Shown here: one piece after another, positions 12,390-24,611 of the stretch | Numbering within the stretch: position 1 is the first letter of the stretch | Layout of the letters: each line of letters starts with the position of its first letter | Source: Octopus sinensis | Taxonomy: Eukaryota | Assembly (NCBI RefSeq): GCF_006345805.1 | Contig: NC_043010.1 | Span: 1,984,001 to 2,048,000, forward strand | DNA length: 64,000 nucleotides | Reading direction: 5' to 3' | Program-made: the position numbers and the translations under genes | Notes under the pieces: generated by a model | What the model saw: only the letters and a program-made list of their open reading frames with translations | What the model was told of the DNA's origin: nothing | Database searches by the model: none

Positions 12390-12820
12390 GTTCCCAAGTG
12401 AGGCCCAATGTTCGAAGGTCATGCTTCACCATCTCATCTCAATGTCTTCCTGGGTCTCCCTCTTCCACGGGTTCCTTCCACTGTCAGGGAGTAACACTTC
12501 TTTACACAGCTGTCCTCATCTATATGCAGCACATGACCATACCAGCACAGTCGTCTCTCTTGCATACCACATCTGATGCTTCTTACTTCCAACATTTCTC
12601 TTGGGGGTGCTTACTCTCTCTTGTGTGTGGACACTGACATTACATATCCAGTAAGTCATACTAGCTTCATTTCTTTCAAACTTACACATGTCTCCAGCAG
12701 TCATGACCATGTAGCATGGCAGTTTGTACACATGCGTCATACAATCTACCTTTCACTCTGAGCAAGAGGCCCTTCGTCACCAGTAGATGTAGGAGCTTTC
12801 TGAACTTTGCCCAGGCTATT
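12390..12820 (-). mobile_element. RTE-clade LINE, C-terminal fragment
   Basis: Minus strand IAWAKFRKLLHLLVTKGLLLRVKGRLYDACVQTAMLH...KKCYSLTVEGTRGRGRPRKT, with frameshifts. Confidence 0.85.
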
Positions 12821-13675
12821 TAGTTTCCATAGTACATAAACAACCAAGATCATGTTCCCCCTGAACAGCATGCCAGTCCATCACAGAGCAAATCAGTAAG
12901 TCATTCACAGCTGAGTAAACTTCAGCAGTGTAAAATGTTGTGTTTTGCTTAAAAACACAATGCCCCACTCAGCCCATGATCTTGTTATTGTGAGTGCAGA
13001 CTCAAACTACCACACTACACACCTTCACTCAGTAGGCTATGAAGGGATTTGAATTCAGGATGCAAAGTATCAGAACAAATATCATAAGGTATTTTTTTTT
13101 TTTTTATATTCTTACATTTCTGCCAGGTCATCAGCCTAGATTGGTAGCCATTTATGAACTCTAAAAGGGTGAAAGGCAAAGTTAAATCACACTATGATTT
13201 GAACACAGAAGTCAAAGAATCAGACCAAATGTGGTGAGGTATTTTTGCCCAACACAATTCTCCAACATATAGTAACCTTTCTCAATTAAATGGAATTCCA
13301 CACTTGTGCCTCTTAGTAAACGTTGCCACTCTGTTCTGAATGGTAACTAACTAACCGATCAGTTGTTGCAAAGTGAAATTTGCTGATAAGTACAAAGACT
13401 GTCATTTAAAAGTATTCTATTTGATAAGAGTGCAAAAGCTGAATTCTTCTCCAGGATGTCTTCTATCAGTGAAAAAAAACCCGTTTTTTTTTTTTTGTTA
13501 TCAATCATTCTTGTTATAATAATGTGTGTCTTTCTGCTAATGTGTATGCATGTGTGGGTAATGTTGAAAGAGATAGAAAGCTGAACAATGCAAAATGGAA
13601 TGTAAGATGGGGTACCAAAAATTAAAAGTCAGTTATCTGGTAATATTTGTTTTGTTTCTTTTATTGATGTTGCTC

Positions 13676-13733
13676 TTCTTTAATTTGTCCAATATTTCGA
13701 GACCTAAAATTCCTTTCTTCAGGCTTTAAAGAA
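13676..13733 (-). ncRNA. Degenerate hammerhead-ribozyme-like motif at the Penelope 3' end
   Basis: Minus strand: CTGAAGA, imperfect stem II, GAAA, palindromic ATAT. An 8-bp inverted repeat ttctttaa/ttaaagaa flanks it as distal stem I. It lies directly 3' of a GIY-YIG fragment. Confidence 0.45.
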
Positions 13734-13769
13734 CTTTCATTGGATAATGTTCCAATTTCCTCTCTTTTG

Positions 13770-14270
13770 GATAAAATTTTGATTTGTATTTTTTCTCAAG
13801 TCGTTTTCAAGCATTTTTGATGTGCCTGTGGGTGTGTTCTAATTCATTATTCATTTCTATCTCTGACTTAAATGGTAACAGCAATATGTTGGTTGATGTT
13901 TCTACATTTATCAACATGTTCTTTGAATGTGGATGCACAGGTGTTGAGGTGTTCTTTAATGCAAGCGTAGAGTGCTCAAGTCATGCTATCCATGTATAAT
14001 TCCTTAAATTTGTTGCATTCAATCCGGTGTACCACATATGTCTGCTGGCACATACCTGTATTGTGGATAGGGCAGTTAGTCAGTGAGTACTGATTGTTGT
14101 TGTCTCTGGATTGCTTTTTAGACAGGTGTCCATGCAGAGAAGGGCTGGAGTGTGCTAACTGTATGTGCAGTCCTTCTTTGCGGACAACTCTGCAGATAGC
14201 TGTGGTTATGCTTTCGCTGAAATGTGATAATTTCATGAAACAGGTGTTAGAAGGAAAAATCTGTATAAAT
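13770..14270 (-). mobile_element. Penelope-like element, GIY-YIG endonuclease remnant
   Basis: Minus strand NCPIHNTGMCQQTYVVHRIECNKFKELYMDSMT*ALYACIKEHL..STFKEHVDKC fits the C..VVY.I.C..C..FYIG.T.R.L..RIKEH pattern. Confidence 0.75.
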
Positions 14271-14380
14271 ATTTAACTTGTGTAAATACCTTTTGATGCT
14301 TTATCAAACTGATAACACTCAATAAAAATATTTATACTGATTCTTCCTTTCCTAAAGTGTGTCTACATATTTTGGAAGGC

Positions 14381-14439
<59 letters not shown>

Positions 14440-14440
14440 A

Positions 14441-14514
14441 GGTGCAGGAGTGGCTGTGTGGTAAGTAGCTTGCTTACCAACCACATGGTTCCAGGTTTAG
14501 TGTCACTGCATGGT
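14441..14514 (+). mobile_element. SINE family A head only
   Basis: ggtgcaggagtggctgtgtggtaagtagcttgcttaccaaccacatggttccagg. Confidence 0.8.
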
Positions 14515-15060
14515 GATCTCACTTTACTTGCCGGGTCTTCAATCACAGCATATCTCCAGAGGTCTTGGTTTTTCGTCATTGCTTCTGTCAGGCCCAGTGT
14601 TCAAAGGTCATGCTTCACCACCTCATCTCATGTCTTCTGTTATTGCCTGGAGGATTATGATGAATAAGAGGAGTCTGAGGGATGATCCTTGGTGAACCCC
14701 AACTTCTACCATGAATTCTTCACTATACTCATTGCCTGTACAGCTCTTATTAACCACTTGTCAATCCCCAGTTTCCGCATTGCCAACCAGATAAGGGATC
14801 AGGGGTTCCTGTCAAAAGCTTTCTCCAAAAGCCACCTTAGCTACTAGATCCTCCAGTGCTGGCAACACAACATGCAATAAGATTTTCTCCAAACATTTCT
14901 TCTGGATCCACTTGTGCCATCTCCTATCGCTATCATGTCTTCTCAGACAATACTGCACTACATCTTCCTAGCTCTTCTTCTTGGTCTTTTTCCTCCTTCC
15001 AGTTTCTCTCTTGTGGTGATTGATGAAGTATTGAAGGACATGATCAGGATGAAGTATTGA
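14515..15060 (-). mobile_element. Internally deleted RTE LINE fragment
   Basis: RT motifs AFDR..SLIWLAMRKLGIDKWLIRAVQAM and GVHQGSSLRLLLFIIILQAIT are joined directly to the C-terminal KT*DEVVKHDL*TLGLTEAMTKNQDLWRYAV. Confidence 0.8.
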
Positions 15061-15388
15061 AGGCCAATCTCAAACGCTGAACCTTACAAAGGAGATGACA
15101 GAGGTTCAAGATAAGTGGTGCATTGCTGTACTCAAGAAGACCTGCTCGTCACAATAGAATTGAGATCCTAAAACCAAATTGTCTCATAAAAAGTATGCTC
15201 TGTGGAGTGGTCAGCATTAAAAAGGACACCCAGCTGTTGAAACCAGGCTAAAGTTAATTGTGGAAGCTGGTGCAGTCCTTGGACTTACCAGTTCCTGTGA
15301 AACTTGTTCCATCCATGTCAGGATGGAAAATAAGGATGATGGCTAGTAAATGATGTCTGCTACTTAGTTTCTTGTAAAGTGTCTATCT

Positions 15389-15543
15389 CTCACATGAGTA
15401 AAGGGGCAATGTCAACACTTACATGAGTAAAGGGGTAATGTCAACACTCACATGAGTAAAGGGGCAATGTCAACACTCACATGAGTAAAGGGGCAATGTC
15501 AACACTCACATGAGTAAAGGAGCAATGTCAACACTCACACATG
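15389..15543. repeat. 29-bp minisatellite, about 5.3 copies
   Basis: Unit ctcacatgagtaaaggggcaatgtcaaca starting at 15389, 15418, 15447, 15476 and 15505. Confidence 0.95.
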
Positions 15544-15882
15544 GTACATAGCAACTTACATAATTTCAAATTATATTTTCGGTGAGTTAACTTGGGATTC
15601 CTTTATGACAAATGTAACCTTCATATAATTACAGTATCTTTGGCCTAATGAGTAGCTAGCTGAGTACCCCTCACTGAGTAATTATTAAATCAGGATTTCC
15701 TAGCTAGGAAATACATGTAGCCTAAATTTTATCGGCTCCACTCCCACAATTCGGATATATATGTATATATATTTAAAATGAGGGTGGGGTGAGAAATTGG
15801 ATATTAATTTAATTAACATCAATTTAACACCAGTAGTGTAGCATAGTAAAATTCTGAAGGTTCAGTAAATTGTATTATATAC

Positions 15883-16160
15883 ATATGAGAGGGAAGACCA
15901 CCATGTGGACAACCTTTATGCTAGAAGTAGATTCGCTATGGTCTAACAACTAAGAAGTATTCTCAAGAAAAATTTAGCAAACACCAGAACATAAGCGAGC
16001 AAGACAAATGAAAAGTAACAAAAATATAGATTATTCACATACATGTATGTGAATAATCTATATTTGCTAAATTTTTCTTGAGAATATTTCTTAGTGGTCA
16101 GACCATAGCGGATCTACTTCTAGCATAAGAGTTGTCCACATGGTTGTCATCCCTCTTATA
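15883..16160. repeat. Fold-back element with about 100-bp arms and an internal perfect 42-bp palindrome, in TA context
   Basis: 15883-15981 is the imperfect reverse complement of 16063-16160. 16023-16064 is a perfect palindrome. A single arm recurs at 49690-49805. Confidence 0.9.
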
Positions 16161-16169
16161 TATATATAT

Positions 16170-16570
16170 CATCATCATCATCATCATCGTTTAACGTCCG
16201 CTTTCCATGCTAGCATGGGTTGGACGGTTCAACTGGGGTCTGGCAAGCCCGAAGGCTGCACCAGGCCAGTCAGATCTGGCAGTGTTTCTACAGCTGGATG
16301 CCCTTCCTAATGCCAACCACTCCGAGAGTGTAGTGGGTGATTTTATGTGCCACCGACACAGGTGCCAGATGAGGCTGGCAGACAGTCATGCTCGAATGGT
16401 GTTTTTTATGTGCCACCGACACAGGTGCCAGACGAGGCTGGCGAACGGCTACGATCAGATGGTGTTTGTTACGTGCCCACAGCACGGGGCCAGTCGATGC
16501 GGTACTGGCTATGGTCCCGTTCGGATGGTTTTCTTATGTGCCACCGGCACTGGTACCACAAGGATACAAA
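16170..16570 (-). mobile_element. RTE-tailed non-autonomous element with about four ~62-bp modules
   Basis: catcatcatcgtttaacgtccgctttccatgctagcatggg start and four tt(a/t)(t/c)gtgccaccg(a/g)cac cores. Confidence 0.85.
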
Positions 16571-16670
16571 TTCCATTGATGTTCATCTATTTGATTTGAT
16601 TCGATTTGACTTGACTTTCACTTGCCTCAACAGGTCTTCACAAGTATCACAAGCAGGAAGGTATGCACAG

Positions 16671-16713
<43 letters not shown>

Positions 16714-16718
<5 letters not shown>

Positions 16719-17040
16719 TCAGTGGTTAGAGCATCAAGCTTACGATTGTGAGGTTGTGAGCTCGAATCCCGGACCGGGCTGCGTATTGTGTTCTTGAGCA
16801 AGATACTTTATTTCACGTTTATTTCACGTCAGCTGTAGAAATGAGTTGCGATGTCACGGGTGCCAAGCTGTATCGGCTGCTGCCTTTCCCTTGGATAACA
16901 CTGGTGGCATGAAGAGGGGAGGCCAGTATGCATGGGCGACTACTGGTCTTCCATAAACCACCTTGCCCAGACTTGTGACTAGGAGGGTAACTTTCTAGGT
17001 GCAATCCCATGGTCAGTGTCATGATCGAAGGGGGGTCCCT
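16714..17040 (+). mobile_element. tRNA-derived SINE, family C
   Basis: tggctcagtggttagagc (A box), gctcgaatccc (B box) and tgtgttcttgagcaagatacttta central motif. A reverse head copy is at 59245-59345. Confidence 0.85.
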
Positions 17041-17083
17041 ACCCGAAATATATATATATATAAGCACTCACAAATATTATATA

Positions 17084-17209
17084 TATGGATCAAAACAGTT
17101 TGATTCAAATTCGTTTGTACTTTGATAGTTTCATGTGTGATGCTAATCTTCAGCCATTTTGAAACTCTTGGAGTACCAACAAATTTGAATCAAACTGTTT
17201 TGATCCATA
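17084..17209. repeat. Short fold-back cassette with 38-bp imperfect inverted arms
   Basis: tatggatcaaaacagtttgattcaaatt... pairs with ...aatttgaatcaaactgttttgatccata. Confidence 0.9.
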
Positions 17210-17347
17210 CATGTAACTCCCAATAAATGTGTTGAGTGCCCTTCTTTCATTTGTCTATTCATTCGTATGTATGTACATATATGCACACACAAGCATTTAT
17301 ATATACATACATATATATTTACTTATATATATTTACTTATATATATT

Positions 17348-17378
<31 letters not shown>

Positions 17379-17999
17379 TTATATAAGCATACATGTATGC
17401 AACACCATACGCTTACATATAAAACATGCTATTTGCTATAAAATAAATGCTATAGTTCCTTCACTAAACATCAAATAATCCACTGTTCCACCATCATAAT
17501 TGGAAGAGAAACACTGAATATCCAGACATTATATTGTCCAGGAAATATGCTATATACACATTAAATACATGCATTAAAACATTGACCGTACACTAAGGGT
17601 GATAAATATACATAATACTTAACGCATATAATGGGAGTGAGAGAATTCTTTGAAATAGAAATTGTAAAAATTTAAATCCATAGACCAACTAAGAATGCCA
17701 TGAGATCAACCAACCAATCAAAAGCACCCATGAAATGCAAACAATAAAATTCTGTTATTCACCAATCCAATGTCATTCTGAAATACTATAATGATGATGT
17801 TTAAAGATAATAAAATGCTAGAATATGTATACATACATATATGTATATACATACAAATATATACACACAAATGCACACATATATACAGTGTTTCAGAGAT
17901 ATTTGAGAACATATTTAGTAATTTAATGAAGCAACTCTAATCCAGCAAACACCAAATGTATTTTAATGAAAATTTGTGTACATGCTCTCAATGAATTTT

Positions 18000-18200
18000 C
18001 TCACAAGATGATGCTATGAATCTGCCTTCATCCTTGAGTGTTGCATTAAGGCAAGGTTGGAATCATTGACATGCTTGCACCAACTGGGCCGTATCTTTTT
18101 AGACATCACTTGGACATTGGCAGTATTCAGTGAAACTATAGTATTGTAAAAATATCAATTAGTTCTCCTTTCAACAATACTCCAGATATATAGATCCACC
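18000..18200 (-). mobile_element. Tc1/mariner (maT-like) transposase remnant
   Basis: Minus strand DLYIWSIVERRTN*YFYNTIVSLNTA..QLVQACQ*FQP resembles LDY.VW..VE..TN...HNT..SLK.AI. Confidence 0.5.
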
Positions 18201-18919
18201 AGCAATCTGTGTGCTAATTTCTGTCATTTACTCTATTATAACAGGTACTTGATAGTGTCATTGTTTATGGGTTTCCAAGAGCCAGCCAATCACTGGCTCA
18301 CTGCTTTTCTGGTGACAGGGTTAAAGGCACTGTTTAGTTATTTTCTGTGCTGTTTAATACAAAACAAATAATCCAAAGACATTTCATTTCAAAAGCATCA
18401 GAGTTTTTCTTTCTTTTTACCTCATCGATATTTACATCTTTTGCAAATCTATTTATTTCTGAAAGCAATATGCACATGAATACATAGATATATATATATG
18501 TTCAGTGGGACTGAATCGGGAACTACATGGTTATGAGGTAAGCCACTTACCCATGCTTAGTACTTTGTGTCAGATGAAATGCTGGTAAGCATTTTGCCCT
18601 GCACACTAATCATATATTGAATTGGGATCCCTGTTATGAGGCTGATGATATAAAATAAAACTGTTGAACACTTATAAGATGCAAGTTTGTAGATTCTACA
18701 CACTGAAGCTACTGGATTGTGTGTATAAACAATCTGGCTACTTTTTTCTCTGGAATTGGCCAATTGATGCAGAGACCTGGTGAGATACCAATAAGGTTTA
18801 AAAATCAAATAAGGTTTTTATTATTTTTCCAATCTATACAGAAATGATCAAATTTGCCATGCTATTATGTCAATTACATAGGTTTACATATGTGCGTGTG
18901 TATGTATGTATATATCACT

Positions 18920-19450
18920 TTGACCGACCAGTCCGTCGGGCGTCCATTTGACACCGCTGGTCACAGCATGCTGTCCACTCCTCTCTGGATCGGGCCTTCC
19001 TCATCCATGTGATCCCAATCGCCCTCCTGAAATCATAACTCCGCCATCGCGGAGGCCTTCTGAGTGGTTGCTTCCACTCGCATGGGTACCACTCAACAAC
19101 TGTGCAGGTCCACCAATTATCGGTGAGCCGGGCGACGTGTCCAGCCGATCTAAACTTGCTGCGTGTATACTCTACGATGACATCCTTCTGATGATCTCAT
19201 TACTGATGTGCTCTCTCAATGAGATTCCAAGCATTGACCTCTCCATGGCTCTTTGAGCCGTTACCAATCTCTGCTCTTCTCTCTTGTTGTAGCCCATGTT
19301 TCACAACCATATAACATTGCAGGTAGAACAGTGCTATTGATAAGGTTGGCACGGGTGGTCCTGTCCAACCTTCCCTTGAGCACATCCCTTATGCCATCAA
19401 ACGCCTTTGATCTGGCCATTACTTTCCGTGAGATCTCCTTTTCGATATCT
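18920..19450 (-). mobile_element. 5'-truncated RTE-1-type LINE
   Basis: Minus strand EISRKVMARSKAFDGIRDVLKGRLDRTTRANLINSTVLPAMLYGCETWATT..RLVTAQRAMERSMLGISLREHISNE, then WTCTVVEWYPREWKQPLRRPP. GC-rich and only lightly decayed. Confidence 0.9.
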
Positions 19451-19576
19451 CATCATATGTGTGTATATATATGTATATATATAAAATTGAATAAGGGTAG
19501 AAATTGATATTAATCAATTAAAACCAGTGGCCTAGCATATTTAAAAAAATCCGAAGATTAAAATATTTTTACATAC

Positions 19577-19733
19577 AAAATTTAAAGGACTGACCACTAT
19601 TTTGCTTATTTTTTACGCTTTGGTTTGTGCTGAGTTTTTATTTGAGAACACATTCTTCGTGGTAAATAGAGATTTTGACATCTATATCTAGCATGTTGAC
19701 CGTCCACTTTTAGTGGTCAGTCCTTTAAATTTT
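19577..19733. repeat. Fold-back cassette with perfect 23-bp inverted ends beside (TA)n
   Basis: aaaatttaaaggactgaccacta (19577-19599) and tagtggtcagtcctttaaatttt (19711-19733). Confidence 0.9.
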
Positions 19734-20474
19734 ATATATATATATATATATATATAGCCTGAAGGAGACAGGCTCTGCTAGAGGCCGGTAAAACTTGAAG
19801 TAGCACAGAAACCTAATCAAATAATACATAGAACTCCTACTAAATGTATTGAGTGCCTTTTTCTTTCATTTGTCCACATTCGTGTGTGTGTATGTGTGAT
19901 ATTCATTTCTTTCTAGCTTACCATAGTTTCGAATGGTGTTATCTTAGGCAGGATTTCATGGTCAGATGCTCTTCTGTTGCCAACCTTTAACTGCTTTTCA
20001 AAGGGTCCACAGTTTTTAGAAATGATAGAGCAACTGGTAGTAATGTCAACAAAGCATATGAACATCAAAGTGGTAAAATGGTGGGGATAAACACAATTCT
20101 TTTCCAACAGGATTGCCATAGACCAATATTTGTTCTATAGCAATGTACTATAGCAATACTCTATAGCAATGTATTATAGTATACTGTACCATAATAGTAT
20201 ACTGCACCATAATATACCAAGTTATACCATTGCAAACTGATGCATGTACTGCTTTTCTCAACATTTAGGTACCAGTCAAATCATCTGAACAATTCAGCAA
20301 AATGCATATAAAAATTGCATAACAATTAATTTATGGAGAATATATTTAAAAGACTACAACAATACATATAATAAAGATCATATCATTTGCATGGAATATT
20401 CAAGAATGAGGTAAATTAAGAAAAGAAAAAAATAAATTAGCAAAGACAGTTTTTTAGTTGTTCTGAAAAACATT

Positions 20475-20480
20475 TTTATT
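20475..20480 (-). terminator. Candidate polyadenylation signal AATAAA
   Basis: Minus-strand AATAAA at the end of an element-free UTR-like tract that follows the 22147 candidate exon. A T-rich stretch lies downstream. Confidence 0.3.
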
Positions 20481-20990
20481 AATAAAGAATAAATGCTAGA
20501 GGAAATGAAGTTCTTTGAGAGGGCGAAGTGGAAGGGCAGGGGTTAAGACATCACTTGTCTTTGAACAGTGAGATTTGGCTAAGGTTCAATATCAGGTTGT
20601 ATACAGGATAGAGTCTTGCATCCTTTGTTTTTTGTATTTTTAGGGGATGTTTTTTAATGTGTTTTTTTTCAATATTTTTACACTTTTCTTTCTTTCATCT
20701 GTGAACCCGTGAAATTCAAAAACTTTCTTAAGGGTTTTTTTTACTTTATATTTTTCTTCTTCTTATTTAAGGAATGTTTCATGTTGCAAAGTTAAAAAAA
20801 TAAATAAATAGCTAAATAAATAAAAGAAAAACAGAAAAAAATGAACAATATAAAACATTATAAGTATAATAAAAATCTTTTGATTTTTGTTTTCATAAAA
20901 CGTCAAAAGAAATATAGAAAAAAATTAAAAAACCTTGGGCAGGAATGATGGTTGTCTAGGCAATGGGCCTATATATACATACATACATAC

Positions 20991-21028
<38 letters not shown>

Positions 21029-21485
21029 GCATACATACATATACACATATATATGAAAAATAATTGTCGTTAGTAATGGCTATGTTCAGGTAATTTGAAA
21101 AAAACCTTTCAAAAAAAAAAATCAAGCCAACATGAAGACCAAAGAGATAAAAAGAAAAGATATTGGAGGAAAAGATGTGAAGCAAAATTCTAAATTGTAT
21201 ATCAAAACTTGCTTTAACAAAACACTTTCTGCAAACAAGCATCTGCATAAAAACTCAGCCGTACAAACATATACATACACCATATCAATATATACATATA
21301 TGCATTTGTACACATATATCGTTATCTTACTTAATATATATCAATGCACACACCATTTTATACTATAGGGATGTATATAGTCATATATACATATATACAC
21401 ACACATTATGTAGATATACATATACATATTACATATGCTTATATATATATACGCACACACATATATGCATACATACATACATACA

Positions 21486-21530
<45 letters not shown>

Positions 21531-22080
21531 CATATGTTCTTGTGTGATTTTACATCCCAATACATGTATTGTCTACAAATTATTTTTCTCAAATAATTAT
21601 TTTTATAAATATTTTAACCATAGATAATTTCAGTAAGATAATTATACTTTCAAAAAATATTTTTTTGTGTAAAAAAATTTTTTTACTACACTTTTACTGA
21701 GCAACCAACCAGAAAGCATTACAACAAGTTTTGTTCACAAGTGACACTTTTCGGATTTAGTTAAAAAAAAAAAGGAAAAAGGCAGGGAAAAAATGTTAAA
21801 AAAAATTATCTTTTCCTTTAACCTAGAGTTAAAGGCTTAAATATTTTTTTTATTTATATTTGCAGTGAATGAAGCAGAATCCATGTCACGTTCTTTCAAG
21901 CTATTGCGAAACAAAATTAAAATAAAACAAGGATAAAATAGGAATTCAAAAAACAAATGATTCAGCACTATTATTATTATTATTGTCATATCTAATCGAC
22001 AATCTAATTCTATAATTGGTCTAGGGTACGACAAGCAAAATTGCAACCATTTGTGGAGTTCACTATGATTATTAATGAGA

Positions 22081-22147
22081 TCATTCTTTACTATCCTTTT
22101 TCTGTTTCTCCAACTCTCCAGATGACCCACCGAGAAAAGCATAGCAC
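22081..22147 (-). CDS. Candidate terminal exon of the unidentified gene
   Basis: Acceptor acaagtcttacag|G. Phase 2 gives RCYAFLGGSSGELEKQKKDSKE*; phase 1 is open to 21837. The true frame is not determinable. About 1.6 kb of UTR-like sequence follows. Confidence 0.35.
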
Positions 22148-22408
22148 CTGTAAGACTTGTTAAATAAATCATTAACTCTAATGTCAAATAATAATAATCC
22201 TTAAGGCAGTTTGACATAGTCTACAATGTAACATTCTAGTAACATCTTTGACATTGCTAATAAGCGTGTAAGTACTTGGCAAATTGAATTTTCCAGTTGT
22301 GCCTCACACATAACTGGATTATCTGCTGCATGGGGAAACATCTGGTCCTTCACATTAATTCACCTTAACTCCACACATCACTGCGGAGAGAGAAGATGCT
22401 CGTGTAAC

Positions 22409-22476
22409 TTAGCTTGGCTTAGCAAAGGCTGTTCCCAAAATGACATTCAGTGAAACAACTTCACTGTCCTCCAAGA
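22409..22476 (-). CDS. Candidate alternative terminal exon
   Basis: Acceptor aggcatctttcag|T; phase-1 reading VLEDSEVVSLNVILGTAFAKPS*. Unique, relatively GC-rich sequence. Confidence 0.3.
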
Positions 22477-24570
22477 CTGAAAGATGCCTATTCAATATAA
22501 TTAAAGAACGGTATTTAAATAAATAAATAAATAAATAAAATTCAATTGGAATTTTAAAAATCACAAAAAGAGTAAAAATAGAAACTAAAGATAATGAAAA
22601 TATTCCATTTTGAGTTCATTTAGAACAATGCATTTTAAGATAACAAAGAAGCAATTGTAGGGTAATATACATATGTATATATATATATATTATACACACA
22701 CATGCATACAAATAGCTGTACATGTATGTGTATATACACATGCATGCTCTGAATCAGATGCAGCCCTACATATCATCAAGGTCCAGAAATAATTCCAATT
22801 CCCAGTGCAACATTTTAATTGCCTTGGAATTAAATAATGGCCTTTTTTTCTAATTGTTGATTAAACATATATTGTTAAAACAAAATAAGGAAGAAAAGCA
22901 ATATTAAAAAGTAAAAATTGTAAAACAAAAAAAACACTTATAAAATGGAAAAAAACAAAAACTAAGATAAAATCTTTGATTAAATTCACTATATAAATGG
23001 AATGTGTATACATACATATATACAAATATATATATATATATATACACACACATACAATGTAGATACATATATGTGCTTGTATACATAGGTTGATTATATA
23101 TGTGCATGTGTAAATATGTGTGTATGTATGTGTGTGTGTGTGTGTGTGTAATGTTCACACATGCACCTGCATTTATAAAGAACTATATGTATATTGTATG
23201 TGTATACTTAAACAATATTTTTAAAAATCAGATTATTTTCGGTAAACTTAAAATTCCTTCTATTACTCTTTTCTTTTTAAGAGGAAATTAAAATAATTAT
23301 TACTAAGAAATTGCTTCAATTCTCAACCTGATTCCACAATAATTTTTATCCTCATTTCCTATTTTATTTTAGTAATTTACAATGTTGAAGTGGAGGAATG
23401 GAGGAGTGGTTCCAAAAAAAAAAGGTATGTTTTTTTAATCGGCTAAAAATATGAGACAGAGGGAGAAAGAGAGAGAGTAAGGGAGCATGAGAGAATGTAA
23501 TAATTGGAGTTATGGGCTGGGGTTGGAGATTGGAATTGAATTAAGCACCAGCAGAACTTTAGAAGCCACTTAGAATAAATATGTGTACACATATTTTAAG
23601 AGAATGTGTGTATGTATGTGATTTTTTTTCAGTGATTCAGATTATAACAAAGATGATAAAAGAAACACGTCTTTAAAGAAATTCAATATTTGTTGGGTTA
23701 AAAATTTTTTTTTTAATTTCATCTCTCATTGTAATCTTGAAATTTTTTAAATAATTTTTCTTCTTTATCATCAGTTCAGTTCTTCAAAATTTTTAGTGTT
23801 TTTAGTCATTTGTGATTTAGTTTTTTTTTTGTGTGAATGTTGTTCATTTGATTATCTTTCTTTTTTTTCCAATTATTATAAAGAATTTCTTTTTAGTATG
23901 TTATTGGTGTATAATCACCGAGTTAATTATCATGCTTCAAAAAAAAAAAAAAAGGAAAAAATACTCAAAAATTTATTTATATAATTGAAAATGGTTGTTC
24001 TGGAGGTACCAAAATGGTTTTATTGTTGCTATAATTTTTATTGATATTGTTGTTCTTATTAAAATCAATTTTCTTTCTTTATTTATTTTTTCATATTTAT
24101 GTTCTCCATATGAAGCAATGACCATGTCTTCAAAAAAAATGGTAATAAATAAAATACAAGGGAATAGTTCGCAGCTATGCAGCTGACTTTCATATGAAAG
24201 TTTACTGACAGACAAACAGACATAAATTTTGTCAGTCAAAATCTGTATTGGTTCCATGTAACATTCAGTTTCCAACATGAGAAATATGTGATATGATTTT
24301 GTTATTTCATACATAAATATGGTCAACTATTAAGAAAAACGAAACTTGTTTCCTGTTGCACATCATCGATACTATTTATTGTATCTGTCTATTATGCTAT
24401 TGTTACTGACATCATAATTATCGTTATACAAATTAACACATTATGATACATGATATAGGAATAATGTTGGATAACAATTTTTTTTTTAATATGATGTAAA
24501 TATATGAAGTCATAGCTTAGGACAAAAAAAATAAAATGGAAAATATTGTAATATATATATATATATATAA

Positions 24571-24611
<41 letters not shown>

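Noticed and set aside
16714-16790. Functional tRNA gene
   Set aside because: It has A and B boxes but continues into a SINE body and lacks a paired acceptor stem.
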